Of a stretch of 64,000 bases of DNA, positions 47,878-58,289 are shown piece by piece. The stretch is from Blastocatellia bacterium (GTDB taxonomy: Bacteria > Acidobacteriota > Blastocatellia > UBA7656): positions 91,022 through 155,021 of the forward strand of contig DATFGX010000016.1 in assembly GCA_035248905.1 (NCBI GenBank), read 5' to 3'. Numbering within the stretch: position 1 is the stretch's first letter; each line of letters starts with the position of its first letter. Below the pieces are notes generated by a model, which saw only the letters and a list, made by a program, of their open reading frames with translations, was not told the DNA's origin and searched no databases. The position numbers were made by a program, and so were the translations under genes.

Positions 47878-48451
47878 TTACCCATACCTCCTTCACAAAT
47901 TTGATCTTGTTTCTCAGTCGTTTTTGGGCTTGATGCATCTTCGACATTTCCAAACCCAGCTTCCGAGCAATATCCTGTGGCTTCAGGTCTGGTAATTCGA
48001 TCCATTCCTTTACAATGGCGGTTAGCAGCTCGTCGTCTTCAACCAGTTGCAGGATGAAACTGCAAAGTTCGTTATAGAACACTAAGCGGTCTGTTTGAAC
48101 GGCGGGCTGGATGAGGCCGGGGTTGGCCTGAGAGAACTCGTGCAAAACCAGCTCGATCAAGCTGACGGTCTCATCGTCGTAAAGCTCCTCGATGGAGATC
48201 TGCCGGGTGGCAGATTCCCAAAAATGACTCAGCTTACTCCCGACTATGCGACAGAGGCCAATGAACAGGGGGATCTCCGGGTTGATCCGTCTTCGACTTG
48301 TCAGCACATCAAGGAACGTCTGTTGGATGATGTCTTCCAGAATATCCACCGGAATCCACTTGTACCTCCGCAAAACATGGAGTCGGACACGATCATAAAG
48401 CAAGGCCAATTCCTTCTCTAATGTTCCGTCCTCGCCGCCCGTCCATTTCAT
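47870..48451 (-). CDS. ECF-type RNA polymerase sigma factor (sigma-70 regions 2 and 4)
   Basis: Region 2-like (DIIQQTFLDVL) and region 4 HTH (LPDLKPQDIARKLGLEMSKMHQAQKRLRNKI); GGAGGT RBS; low GC (about 45%). Confidence 0.7.
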   Translation of the reverse strand: MKWTGGEDGTLEKELALLYDRVRLHVLRRYKWIPVDILEDIIQQTFLDVLTSRRRINPEIPLFIGLCRIVGSKLSHFWESATRQISIEELYDDETVSLIELVLHEFSQANPGLIQPAVQTDRLVFYNELCSFILQLVEDDELLTAIVKEWIELPDLKPQDIARKLGLEMSKMHQAQKRLRNKIKFVKEVWVNA

Positions 48452-48865
48452 GCTAGCACCTCCTAGTAACTCTTTAGCTCATTCTCAAAAGAGCAGATGC
48501 GCAGGCCCTGACGAAGTGAGCGATGCAAACAGTAGTGGGAAAGGGATACAGCACATTGAGCGACTCTCGTCGCTTTATTACAACAAGCTCAAAACGACTG
48601 TCACATAAGTATAAACCGGCGGGCAATGCCTTTTTTCCCTCCGTAAAAAAAAAACGGAAAAATCGCCTCTCTGGTGGGTATAGTAAGCAGATAGGAAAAG
48701 GGATACAGCACATATCCTGTATGTAGAAGAGCTAGACACAGTACCCGCGCCGCGAGGCCAGCAGCACATATGACCGACCACCCGCCTCTAGCCTATTTCC
48801 CGAAAATCGCATAGAATTTCTGCGCACACCTCTACAACCCGAAGTACTGTCGAAAGGAGCAATGC

Positions 48866-50371
48866 ATGCGTTGGAAGACTCGTCTGATCGTTTGCGCGGT
48901 GGCGCTCGCAATGATCATCCCCGCGGTTGTGTTGGCCCAATCGTCTAAGTTGACATCGAAGAAGACGGCTAAGAAGGCGGCAAACGGGCAGAGCGCCGCA
49001 GACTGGCCGATGTATGGGCGCGACCTCGCCGGCTCGCACTACAACCCGAACGAAAAGCAACTGACGCCGGCTTCGGTCGGGCGCTTGAAGGTGAAGTGGA
49101 TTTTTGAAACCGGCGGCGACGTGTCGAGCCAGCCGACGGTCGTTGATGGGGTCGTCTACTTCGGCTCGTGGGACGGCAAAGAGTACGCCGTTGACGCCAA
49201 GACCGGCCATAAGCTCTGGGAGTTTGAAACCGGCGGCTACCCGTCGCGCAGCGGCGCGGCCTACGCCGCCGGCGTGGTGTACTTCGCCGACGCCGGCGGG
49301 CGCATGTTTGCGCTCGACGCCAAGACGGGTCAGAAGCTCTGGCAGGTGAAGGTTGACCCGCACCCGATGAACATCTGCACGAGCGCGCCGATCTATCACA
49401 ACGGGCGCGTCTACATCGGCGTCTCGTCGCGCGAAGAGGTCGTGATGATGGGCGGCAACTCGAAGTACGAGTGCTGCACGTTTCGCGGCGGCGTCGCGGC
49501 TTTCGACGCCAAGACCGGCAAGCAGGCCTGGCGCTTCTACACGGTCAAAGAGGAGCCGAAGGAACAGGGCAAGGATAAATTCGGTCGCCGCATCTTCGGG
49601 CCGTCCGGCGTCGGCGTCTGGTCTACGGTCGCCATCCACCCGCAAGAGAAGCGCCTTTATCTGACTACCGGCGATGATTACACGCCGCCGGAGTCGAATA
49701 TGTCGGACGCCATCATTGCGCTCGACCTCGACACGGGCAAGATGATCTGGTCGTATCAGGCGACGCCGGGCGACGTCTGGAACGCCAACTGTATGGGCAA
49801 GGTCTATGACAAAGACTGCGGCCCCGATCATGACTTTGGCACGATCCCGATGATGTTCAAGGGCGCGGGCGGCCGCCGGCTGCTGGGCGCCGGCCAGAAG
49901 AGCGGCTGGTTTTACGCGGTCGATCCGAAAGATGGCAAGCTGGTGTGGAAGACGCCGGTCGGGCCGGGCGGCTTCCTCGGCGGCATCGAGTTCGGCGCGG
50001 CGACCGACGGCGAGCGCGTCTACGCGGCGATCTCGAATCATCCCAAGCAAGGCTCCGTGTCGGCGCTCGACGGCGCGACCGGCAAGATTTTGTGGCAGAC
50101 CTTGAGTCCCGATAAGAAGTCGAACTTCGGCCCGATCACCGTCACCGGCACGGGCGACAACCGGCTGGTCTTCGCCGGCTCGTCGGGCAATTTCATCCGC
50201 GCCTATGACGCCAGGGATGGCAAGATTCTCTGGGAGTACGACACCGGCGGCGCGGTCGGCGGCGGCCCGACCGTGGTTGACGGCGTGTTGTATGTCGGCT
50301 CAGGCTACACCAGCCTGCGCATCGGCAAGGGCAATAACAAGCTCTACGCCTTCTCGATTGACGGGCAGTAG
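48866..50371 (+). CDS. secreted PQQ-repeat beta-propeller protein (quinoprotein/BamB-like fold)
   Basis: Signal peptide; repeated PQQ-type propeller motifs (A..DA.TGK.LW.). Confidence 0.7.
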   Translation: MRWKTRLIVCAVALAMIIPAVVLAQSSKLTSKKTAKKAANGQSAADWPMYGRDLAGSHYNPNEKQLTPASVGRLKVKWIFETGGDVSSQPTVVDGVVYFGSWDGKEYAVDAKTGHKLWEFETGGYPSRSGAAYAAGVVYFADAGGRMFALDAKTGQKLWQVKVDPHPMNICTSAPIYHNGRVYIGVSSREEVVMMGGNSKYECCTFRGGVAAFDAKTGKQAWRFYTVKEEPKEQGKDKFGRRIFGPSGVGVWSTVAIHPQEKRLYLTTGDDYTPPESNMSDAIIALDLDTGKMIWSYQATPGDVWNANCMGKVYDKDCGPDHDFGTIPMMFKGAGGRRLLGAGQKSGWFYAVDPKDGKLVWKTPVGPGGFLGGIEFGAATDGERVYAAISNHPKQGSVSALDGATGKILWQTLSPDKKSNFGPITVTGTGDNRLVFAGSSGNFIRAYDARDGKILWEYDTGGAVGGGPTVVDGVLYVGSGYTSLRIGKGNNKLYAFSIDGQ

Positions 50372-50406
50372 ACGTTGGACAACGAACCAGGGAGTAGCAA
50401 GCAGTA

Positions 50407-51192
50407 ATGAATCACGAAGAAGTCGGGCGCTTGTGGAATGGCAACGCCGCAGCCTGGACGAAGCTGGCGCGCGCCGGCTATGACATCTACCGCGACTATC
50501 TCAACACGCCGGCTTTCTTCCGCATGCTGCCGGCGGTCACGGGGTTGTCGGGGCTGGACATCGGCTGCGGCGAAGGCCACAACACGCGGCTGCTGGCCGG
50601 GCGCGGCGCGCGCATGACGGCGATTGACATTGCCGAAGTGTTTATCGCGCAGGCCAGAGACGTTGAAGAGCGCGAGCCGCTCGGCATTGATTACCGCACC
50701 GCCAGCGCCGTCGCTCTGCCGTTTGCCGAGGCGAGTTTCGATTTCGCCACCGGCTTCATGAGCTTTATGGACGTGCCAGAGACTGACCGCGTGCTCGCGG
50801 AAGCCTGGCGCGTCCTCAGGCCCGGCGGCTTCCTACAGTTCTCGATCACCCACCCCTGCTTCGACACGCCGCACCGCCGCAACCTGCGCGACGTCAGCCA
50901 CAAGACCTATGCCATCGAAGTCGGCGATTACTTCCGCAACCTCGAAGGCGAAGTGTCGGAGTGGCTGTTTAAGGCCGCGCCGCCGCACGTCAAGCAAGGC
51001 TTGCCAAAATTTAAGACGCCGCGCTTCACACGCACGCTCAGCCAGTGGTTGAACCTGCTGATTGACACAGGCTTTCTCGTCGAGCGCGTCGAAGAGCCGC
51101 GACCTGACGACGAAACCGTCCGCGCCTGCCCCGGCCTGCAAGACGCACAGGTCGTGGCTTACTTTCTTCACCTCCGCGCGCGCAAGCCCTAG
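50407..51192 (+). CDS. class I SAM-dependent methyltransferase (type 11-like)
   Basis: Motif I LDIGCGEGHN, acidic motif II (MTAIDIAE), motif III LRPGGFLQF. Confidence 0.8.
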   Translation: MNHEEVGRLWNGNAAAWTKLARAGYDIYRDYLNTPAFFRMLPAVTGLSGLDIGCGEGHNTRLLAGRGARMTAIDIAEVFIAQARDVEEREPLGIDYRTASAVALPFAEASFDFATGFMSFMDVPETDRVLAEAWRVLRPGGFLQFSITHPCFDTPHRRNLRDVSHKTYAIEVGDYFRNLEGEVSEWLFKAAPPHVKQGLPKFKTPRFTRTLSQWLNLLIDTGFLVERVEEPRPDDETVRACPGLQDAQVVAYFLHLRARKP

Positions 51193-51200
51193 CTCGCCGC

Positions 51201-52409
51201 TCACCAGCTATGCACGGTGCCGTCGAGCTTGCGGTTGGTCGGCAGGTAAGCACGCTCGTACGGGTGCTCAGCCGCCAGCGCTTCATCAATCTCTACGCCT
51301 AGCCCTGCGCCTTCGCCCGGGTGCATCATCCCCGACTCGAACGTGTAATGGTGCGGGAAGACGCGATCCGTTTCCGCCGTATGCGGCATGAGTTCCTGTA
51401 TGCCGAAATTGTGGACGCTCAAGTCAAAGTGCAGCGCCGCCGCCATGCAGACAGGACTCAGGTCGGTCGCGCCGTGCGCGCCGGTCAGCACGTTGAACAT
51501 CTCTGCGAGGGCGGCGATCTTGCGCAGGTGGCTGATGCCGCCGGCATGCACGACGGTCGCGCGGATGTAATCGATCAACTGCTCGCGGATCAGTTGCTGA
51601 CAATCAAAGATGGTGTTGAAGACTTCGCCGACCGCAAGCGGCGTCGTGGTGTGCTGGCGAATCAGACGAAAGCCTTCCTGCATCTCCGCGGGCACGGCGT
51701 CTTCGAGCCAGAACAGATGATAAGGCTCAAGGCTACGACCGAGCCGCGCCGCTTCAATCGGCGTCAAGCGATGATGCGCGTCGTGCAGCAAGTGAACCTC
51801 GTCGCCGAACTCTGCGCGCAGGCGCGCGAACAGTTTCGGCACGATGTTCAAGTAGCTTGCGGTGCTCCAGACGTGCTCCGGCGGCAAGCCTTTTTCCGCC
51901 GGCTCGTAAGGCTTCGAGCCTTTGGCGACGCCGTAGGTGCTCGTCAGCCCCGGCACGCCGCACTGCGCGCGCACCGCCTTGTAGCCTTGCTCCAAAAGCC
52001 GCGCCACCGCCGCGACCGTCTGCTCGATGTCCGCGCCGTTGGCGTGGCCGTAGACCATCACGCCATCGCGCGACGCGCCGCCGAGCAGTTGATAGACCGG
52101 CACACCGAGCGCCTTGCCTTTGATGTCCCAGAGCGCCGTGTCGACGGCGGCAATGGCGGTCATCTGGACAGGCCCGCGCCGCCAGTACGCGCCTTTGTAA
52201 AGGTACTGCCAGGTGTCTTCGATGCGCCGCGCGTCGCGCCCAACGAGCAACGGTAGCAGATGATCGTTCAAGTAACTGGCGACCGCCAGCTCGCGCCCGT
52301 TCAAGGTGGCATCGCCCAGTCCGTAGATTCCCTCCTCGGTCGTCAGCTTGAGCGTGACGAAATTGCGACCGGGGCAACAGACGATCACTTTGGCATCAAC
52401 GATCTTCAT
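51201..52409 (-). CDS. enolase-superfamily dehydratase (D-mannonate/D-galactonate dehydratase-like)
   Basis: MR/MLE N-terminal capping domain ([35 protein letters not shown]) and TIM-barrel metal ligands; about 400 aa. Confidence 0.7.
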   Translation of the reverse strand: MKIVDAKVIVCCPGRNFVTLKLTTEEGIYGLGDATLNGRELAVASYLNDHLLPLLVGRDARRIEDTWQYLYKGAYWRRGPVQMTAIAAVDTALWDIKGKALGVPVYQLLGGASRDGVMVYGHANGADIEQTVAAVARLLEQGYKAVRAQCGVPGLTSTYGVAKGSKPYEPAEKGLPPEHVWSTASYLNIVPKLFARLRAEFGDEVHLLHDAHHRLTPIEAARLGRSLEPYHLFWLEDAVPAEMQEGFRLIRQHTTTPLAVGEVFNTIFDCQQLIREQLIDYIRATVVHAGGISHLRKIAALAEMFNVLTGAHGATDLSPVCMAAALHFDLSVHNFGIQELMPHTAETDRVFPHHYTFESGMMHPGEGAGLGVEIDEALAAEHPYERAYLPTNRKLDGTVHSW

Positions 52410-52539
52410 GGCGGCGGTGTGCCTCCCTTCCGTCTCATCATAGTCGAGAACCGTTCATTCCGCATTCCGCATTCGCGCCCCTCGTTATATAATGCTTCGT
52501 CATTTATCTTCAAAGCACGTTTAGGGAGTCGAAACGAAC

Positions 52540-53841
52540 ATGCACATCGCAGTCATTGGTACAGGTTACGTCGGGCTGGTGAGCGGCGCCTGCTTTGCCG
52601 AGTTCGGCAACAACGTCATCTGCGTGGACAGCGACCGCACCAAGATCGATAAGATCAAGGACGGCCAGATGCCCATCTACGAGCCGGGGCTTGAAGCGCT
52701 GGTCGCCAAGAACGTCCGCGAAGGCCGCCTGGAATTCACCACCGACATCAACAGCGCGATTGAACAGTCGCTGGTCGTGATGCTCGCCGTCGGCACGCCG
52801 TCGACGACCGACGGCTCGGCGGACATGAGCCAGGTCGAAGCCGTCGCGCTCGAAATCGCCCGCGCCCTGAACAGCTACAAAGTCATCGTCACCAAGAGCA
52901 CGGTGCCGGTCGGCGCCGCCGGCTACATCAAACGCATCATCGATGAGAACAAGCGTTCGAGCTGCCGCTACTCGGTCGCCTCGAACCCGGAGTTTCTGCG
53001 CGAAGGCGCGGCCATCAACGACTTCCTGCGCCCAGACCGCGTCGTCATCGGCTGCAACGACGAAGAGGCCATCGAGATTCTCAAAGACCTCTACCGCCCG
53101 CTCTACCTCATCGAGACGCCGTTTGTCGTCACCAACCCCGAATCGGCGGAGATGATCAAGTACGCCTCGAACGCCTTTCTGGCGACGAAAATTTCTTTCA
53201 TCAACGAGATCGCCAACCTCTGCGACCGCCTCGGCGCAGACGTGCGCGATGTCGTCAAGGGCATGGGCATGGACAAGCGCATCGGCTCGAAATTCCTGCA
53301 CCCCGGCCCGGGCTTCGGCGGCAGTTGTTTCCCGAAAGACGTCAAGGCGCTGTCGGCCATCGCGCGCAACGTCGGTTATGAGATGAAGCTCACAGAAGCG
53401 GTGCTGGCGGTCAACGAGCGGCAGATGGCTTCGGTGATCGAGCGCGTGCGGCGGGCGGTGCCCGACCTCGAAGGCAAGACGGTGGCGCTGCTCGGATTGG
53501 CGTTCAAGCCGGACACGGATGACATGCGCGAAGCGCCGGCATTAAAGATCATCAGCGATCTGCAAGCGGCGGGCGCAAGCGTGCGGGCTTACGACCCGGC
53601 GGCGATGGCAGCGGCGCAGCAAGTGGTCACGGGTGTCGCCTTTTGCGAAGACGAATACGAAGCGGCGCGCGGCAGTGACGCGCTCGTGGTCGTGACGGAA
53701 TGGAATCAGTTTCGCGGCCTCGATTTTGACCGCTTGAAGTCGGTGATGCGCGCCCTGAACCTCATCGACACGCGCAACATCTACGAGCCGAAAGACGTGC
53801 GCGAGGCCGGCTTTACCTACGTCTCGATGGGCCGGGTGTAA
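52540..53841 (+). CDS. ugd: UDP-glucose 6-dehydrogenase
   Basis: N-terminal Rossmann GTGYVGL; catalytic Cys region (GFGGSCFPKD); UDPG/GDP-mannose dehydrogenase family length. Confidence 0.88.
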   Translation: MHIAVIGTGYVGLVSGACFAEFGNNVICVDSDRTKIDKIKDGQMPIYEPGLEALVAKNVREGRLEFTTDINSAIEQSLVVMLAVGTPSTTDGSADMSQVEAVALEIARALNSYKVIVTKSTVPVGAAGYIKRIIDENKRSSCRYSVASNPEFLREGAAINDFLRPDRVVIGCNDEEAIEILKDLYRPLYLIETPFVVTNPESAEMIKYASNAFLATKISFINEIANLCDRLGADVRDVVKGMGMDKRIGSKFLHPGPGFGGSCFPKDVKALSAIARNVGYEMKLTEAVLAVNERQMASVIERVRRAVPDLEGKTVALLGLAFKPDTDDMREAPALKIISDLQAAGASVRAYDPAAMAAAQQVVTGVAFCEDEYEAARGSDALVVVTEWNQFRGLDFDRLKSVMRALNLIDTRNIYEPKDVREAGFTYVSMGRV

Positions 53842-53858
53842 TTCGTGGCTTCTAGTTT

Positions 53859-55502
53859 TTACTTTCTCAGCACGGCCAGCCGCGCCCGCGCCTGCTGCAA
53901 CTCCGGCAGGTCTGCGTCGGCGTTGCGCCAGAGCTTTTCGGCTTCCGCATACTCTTTGATGGCCACCGCGTTATCGTTCTTATGCTCGGCGGCGAGCGCC
54001 AGCGCGTAATGGCTGCCGGCGTAGGCCGGGTCGTGGTCGAGCATCTGCCGCGCCATGGTCTCTGCCAGTTCCCAATCGCCGGCACGCCGCGCCGCCGCGC
54101 CGATGGCTTCCAGCCGGAACAATGCTTGCACCCAGGCATCGGGGCCGCGTTCGGAGCGAATCTTACTCACCACCTGCTTGAGCATCCCCCTGCCCTTTTC
54201 GGCCTCGCCGGTGCGCAAGAAGAACTCGCCCTGCAAGGCTTCCATGTACGGCGTGACGAGGGTGGCGCGGCTGCCCATCTGCTGCATCTCGCGCAGGGCC
54301 GATTTGGCCGCCGCGCTCGCCGCCGGCAGGTCGTTCAAAGCCATCTCGGCGTGGCTGACGAAAATGAAACCGATTGCCCGCACGATGTCCGAGCGGCTGC
54401 GCGACAACCGCGCAGCGGCCTCCAGGGCTTCTTGCATGCGGCCACGGGCGATTAAAAACTGCGGCCACTGCTTCTTGTTGAACTCCAGCGTGTCCTGCAT
54501 CGACGGGATCGTGAATGCCTGTCGCATAATGCGCTCGGCCTCTTTCATCTGCCCCTGGTGCTGGTATGAAGTCGCCAGCAAATCGAGATTGTGCTCGTGA
54601 TGCCAGTCGAATTGCGGCGGGATGTTTTCGGCTTTGTAGTAGTCCAGTTCGAGCTGGTCGGCGCGGCGGAACTGGGTGATGGCATCCGCCACGCGCCCGA
54701 CGCGGCGCAGGTCGTGGCCGTACATGTGCAGCGCGTGCGGCACCGAGAAAGCTAATCGCGCATACACCTCGCCGTGCTGCAAGGCTTCCGGGATGCGCCC
54801 GACGTTTTCGCACGAGTGCGTCAGGTAATGATGCGCGGCGATATTGTCGGGCACAAGCTGAAGCGCTTTCTCGTAAAACTGAATCGATGCCTCGCCGCCG
54901 CGCTGGCCGCGCCCGGCGGCGCTGTCTTCTTCTGCATTGCCGCGCAGCAGCCAGAGTTCTGTATCCTGCGGGTAAGCGGCCAGCGCTTCGTCGAGCGCTT
55001 TCTTATACTCCGAAAACTTCACCATGTTGCCACGATCGGCGATGGCCGTGAGTTGTTTGGCGCGCAACGCAATGCGCAGTTGTTCGCGCTTGCTGGCACC
55101 GGGCGCGAGCGCTTGCGCCTGATCAACGGCGGCGCGCGCCGCCTCCCAGACGTTCAACCCCGCATAGGCGCGGCTCAGGCCGACGTAAGCCATCGCCAGT
55201 TTCGGGTCGAGCCGCAAGGCTTGATTGAACGAGCGCGCCGCTTCGATAAAGACGTAGCCGTGCAGGTAGGCGACGCCCTGCGTGTAGAACGCCTGTGCCT
55301 CTTTTGATGAAGTGGTCACCGGATCATTGATCGTTTGCGCGCCGGTGCCGGCCCTGATCGTCACGGGCCGTTCGAGCAGTTCCGCCGGAAAGGTGAGCGG
55401 CACGTCGTCGGCTTCGGCCTGCGCGTGTTGATGTTCCTGCGCGAAGGCCGACGGCGAAACGATCAGTAAGCACAGAGCAAGAAAGAAGATTGCCAGCTTC
55501 AT
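53859..55502 (-). CDS. secreted TPR-repeat protein
   Basis: Signal peptide; more than ten TPR-like helical repeats. Confidence 0.6.
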   Translation of the reverse strand: MKLAIFFLALCLLIVSPSAFAQEHQHAQAEADDVPLTFPAELLERPVTIRAGTGAQTINDPVTTSSKEAQAFYTQGVAYLHGYVFIEAARSFNQALRLDPKLAMAYVGLSRAYAGLNVWEAARAAVDQAQALAPGASKREQLRIALRAKQLTAIADRGNMVKFSEYKKALDEALAAYPQDTELWLLRGNAEEDSAAGRGQRGGEASIQFYEKALQLVPDNIAAHHYLTHSCENVGRIPEALQHGEVYARLAFSVPHALHMYGHDLRRVGRVADAITQFRRADQLELDYYKAENIPPQFDWHHEHNLDLLATSYQHQGQMKEAERIMRQAFTIPSMQDTLEFNKKQWPQFLIARGRMQEALEAAARLSRSRSDIVRAIGFIFVSHAEMALNDLPAASAAAKSALREMQQMGSRATLVTPYMEALQGEFFLRTGEAEKGRGMLKQVVSKIRSERGPDAWVQALFRLEAIGAAARRAGDWELAETMARQMLDHDPAYAGSHYALALAAEHKNDNAVAIKEYAEAEKLWRNADADLPELQQARARLAVLRK

Positions 55503-55512
55503 AAATCAACCC

Positions 55513-56613
55513 TCACTTGATTTCGACCGCGCGGCGGTCAACCCAGTTGTTCGCGTAAGGCGTGATGATCTGCGGGTCACGCTCGATGGGCTGCGCGCGG
55601 CCGCGCGTGTCGTAGGCGCGGGCGGCGATGATGGTCTTCCCTGCCGCCGCGGGCTGCCACTCGTAAGTCCACAAGCGCCACGCCAGCGGTGCGTGCTCGG
55701 CGCCGAGCTTGGCCGCTTGCCAGGTGCGCCCGCCGTCGGTGGTCACTTCAACGCGCGCAATCTCGGCGTCGCCGCACCACGCCGCGCCGACAATTAGAAA
55801 CGGCGCGAGCGGCAGTTGCGCGTCATTGATGGGCCGGGCGATTTGTGATTTTAACCGCATCGCGCCGAGCGGCCCGCGCGTCGTCAGATCACCGGCGCGG
55901 CGCGCTTCGTAGTAGCGCCGCGCTTGATAAAAGCCTGCGAATGGCTCGCGCGCGACGGTGATCTGCCGTAGCCACTTCACCGAATCCATGCCGTACCAGC
56001 CCGCGACCAGCGCCCGCAGCGGCCCGCCGTTCTGGGCCGGCAGCGGCTCGCCGTTCATCTTGAAGACCAGCAGCGTCGTCGCCGCCATCGCTTTGCTGAG
56101 CGGGATGCTGCGCGCGTAAGCATCAACCGCAAGGCCGCCGGCCTCCTGGTCCGCGCCGCCGTCAGCGCCGATCAAGACGACTTCTTTCGCGTCGCTGCTC
56201 AGGCCGGCGGCTTTCAACACGTCGCCGAGTCGAACGCCCGCCCAGCGCGCGTTCGACACACCGCCCCAGCCGACCAGGTTGCCGGCGCATTCTAAGGTCA
56301 CGACCTCTTCCTGCGCCGGCAGCCGCAGCAAATCCTCCAGCGTGAAGCGGCGCTCACGTTCGACCAGGCCGGTGACTTTCATTACAAACGGCGCGGCGTC
56401 CAGTCGTGGCGTGCCGAAGTGGCTGCGCACGAAAAATTCCTGGTTCGGCGTGATCCACCCGTTGAGCGCCGCAAAGTTGAAGGCGCGGCTGTTGGGCGAT
56501 TGCGGCGAAGTGATCGGCGGCGGTTGCGCGAACACCAGCCTGCGCGCGCCGAGTGCCAGCGGCACCGATGCGATCTGCGCGAGAAAACGGCGGCGATGGG
56601 TGGCTTGCTTCAT
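55513..56613 (-). CDS. Tat-exported sulfite-oxidase-family molybdopterin oxidoreductase (SorA/YedY-like)
   Basis: Twin-arginine signal (HRRRFLAQIASVPLALGA); Mo-cofactor binding Cys region (TLECAGN); dimerisation-domain-like C-terminus. Confidence 0.7.
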   Translation of the reverse strand: MKQATHRRRFLAQIASVPLALGARRLVFAQPPPITSPQSPNSRAFNFAALNGWITPNQEFFVRSHFGTPRLDAAPFVMKVTGLVERERRFTLEDLLRLPAQEEVVTLECAGNLVGWGGVSNARWAGVRLGDVLKAAGLSSDAKEVVLIGADGGADQEAGGLAVDAYARSIPLSKAMAATTLLVFKMNGEPLPAQNGGPLRALVAGWYGMDSVKWLRQITVAREPFAGFYQARRYYEARRAGDLTTRGPLGAMRLKSQIARPINDAQLPLAPFLIVGAAWCGDAEIARVEVTTDGGRTWQAAKLGAEHAPLAWRLWTYEWQPAAAGKTIIAARAYDTRGRAQPIERDPQIITPYANNWVDRRAVEIK

Positions 56614-56832
56614 ACGTCGGTGCCTGAGATGGCGCGCCGAGAATGCCCGGCGCCGACTTGAAATCGCGGCGCGCTGTGATAGACTCAACGCGCAATAAGT
56701 TTACAACAGCGCGGCTCGTTTCCACACTTACAAAAAAGCGATGGCACAGTGGAGGCATCTATCGAAAGTGTGGGCAGGCCGCGGCTGCCCTTCTGATTGA
56801 AACTCAACAGATGGTCTCAGGAAAGGAGCGTT

Positions 56833-58263
56833 ATGTGGAGACGCAAGTGCTACGTTGACGCCGAGTCGGACATTCAATCACCGATCCCGAATCGCATCGT
56901 CTCGAATGAAGAGTTCATCCCGCCGCCGCAGTCGGCCCAGGAAGCCGAGGTCGAATACCGGCTGCGCGAGATGGCCGACCGCAACAGCAAGCGGCTTGGC
57001 CTGTCGCGCCGCACCTTCCTGCAAGGCTCTTGCGGCATGGCCGCGGCGATGCTCTGCTTCAACGAAGTCTTCGGCAAGACCTACGAGGTTGACGAGGTCG
57101 AAGCCCTGGACCCGGCGGCCTTCGCCGAGAAGTGGCCGAAGAACGAATTTATCTTCGACAACCAGACGCATCACGTCGATGTCGAGCCGGACTGGTACAA
57201 GAACAGCGAAGACGGGCGGCTGGCGGCCAACTTCTTGTCGCGGCTGCGCCCAGGCTTCAACGACATCAACAAAGCCATTGAAGCGCTGAACCGGCTGCAC
57301 TACACCAAGGAGCTGTTCTTCGATTCCGACACGGTGATGGCGATCATCAGCGGCGTCCCCTCGAACGACTGGAAGGACAACATTCTGCCGCCGGACAAGA
57401 TGGTCAAGACGCGCAACGACATCAACTCGTGGGCCGGCTCGCAGCGCATGCTGTCGCACGGCATCCTGCGCCCGAACAAGGGCCTGGGCGAGCTGGAAGA
57501 GATGGAGCGCCAGGCCAAGATGTTGAAGGTCAACTCGTGGAAGATGTATCCGGGAATGCTCGCGGGGGCGCTCAAGCCTTACCGGCTCGACGACGAGAAG
57601 GTGACCTATCCGTTCTGGGAGCGTGCGCGCAAGCTCGGATTGAAGACCGCCTGCATCCACCGCGGCCTGCCGCTCGGCCTGTTCAACGAAGAGAACTGCC
57701 ACCCGGGCGATGTCGAGAAGGCGGCCAAGGATCACCCGGACATGAACTTCGTGATCTATCATTCGGGCTGGAACCCCGGCGCGCGGCGCAAGGAAGGCGC
57801 GGCCCCGGACCCGCAGTACATTCCCTGGTGCTCAGACCTGATGGCTTTGGTCAAGCGCAGCAACTTGAAGAACGTCTACTTCGAGCTCGGCTCGACGTGG
57901 AACGGGCTGTCGAGCGCGCGGCCCGAACAGGCGATGCACCTGTTTGGCCAGTTGTTGAACATGGGCATGGACGACAACATCATCTGGGGCACGGACTCGA
58001 TCTGGGGCGGCGGCCCGCAGAGCCAGATCGAGCGCTTCCGCCGCTTCCAGATCAGCGACGAGGTCGCCAACAAGTACGAATACCGCAAGCTGACGCCAGA
58101 GCTGAAAGCGAAGGTCTTCGGGTTGAACGCCGCGCGGCTCTACAAGATCGACGTGAAGGCGAAGCGCGCCGCGATCAAAAACGACCAGGTCGAGCAATTG
58201 CGCTCGGAGTACCTGGAAAACCCCGCGCCCTCGAACACGCAGTTCGGCTGGGTGTGGGTGTAA
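56833..58263 (+). CDS. Tat-exported amidohydrolase-2 family (TIM-barrel metal-dependent hydrolase) protein
   Basis: GGAAAGGAG RBS before MWRRK; twin-arginine motif (SRRTFLQGSCGMAAAM); amidohydrolase-like HH and conserved D near the C-terminus. Confidence 0.55.
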   Translation: MWRRKCYVDAESDIQSPIPNRIVSNEEFIPPPQSAQEAEVEYRLREMADRNSKRLGLSRRTFLQGSCGMAAAMLCFNEVFGKTYEVDEVEALDPAAFAEKWPKNEFIFDNQTHHVDVEPDWYKNSEDGRLAANFLSRLRPGFNDINKAIEALNRLHYTKELFFDSDTVMAIISGVPSNDWKDNILPPDKMVKTRNDINSWAGSQRMLSHGILRPNKGLGELEEMERQAKMLKVNSWKMYPGMLAGALKPYRLDDEKVTYPFWERARKLGLKTACIHRGLPLGLFNEENCHPGDVEKAAKDHPDMNFVIYHSGWNPGARRKEGAAPDPQYIPWCSDLMALVKRSNLKNVYFELGSTWNGLSSARPEQAMHLFGQLLNMGMDDNIIWGTDSIWGGGPQSQIERFRRFQISDEVANKYEYRKLTPELKAKVFGLNAARLYKIDVKAKRAAIKNDQVEQLRSEYLENPAPSNTQFGWVWV

Positions 58264-58289
58264 GCAAGTAGGCAGGCATCGCTCCGTAG

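Noticed and set aside
48788-50050. 420-aa minus-strand ORF
   Set aside because: Antisense to the PQQ-repeat protein gene; composition is noise.
56878-57762. 294-aa minus-strand ORF
   Set aside because: Antisense to the amidohydrolase gene.
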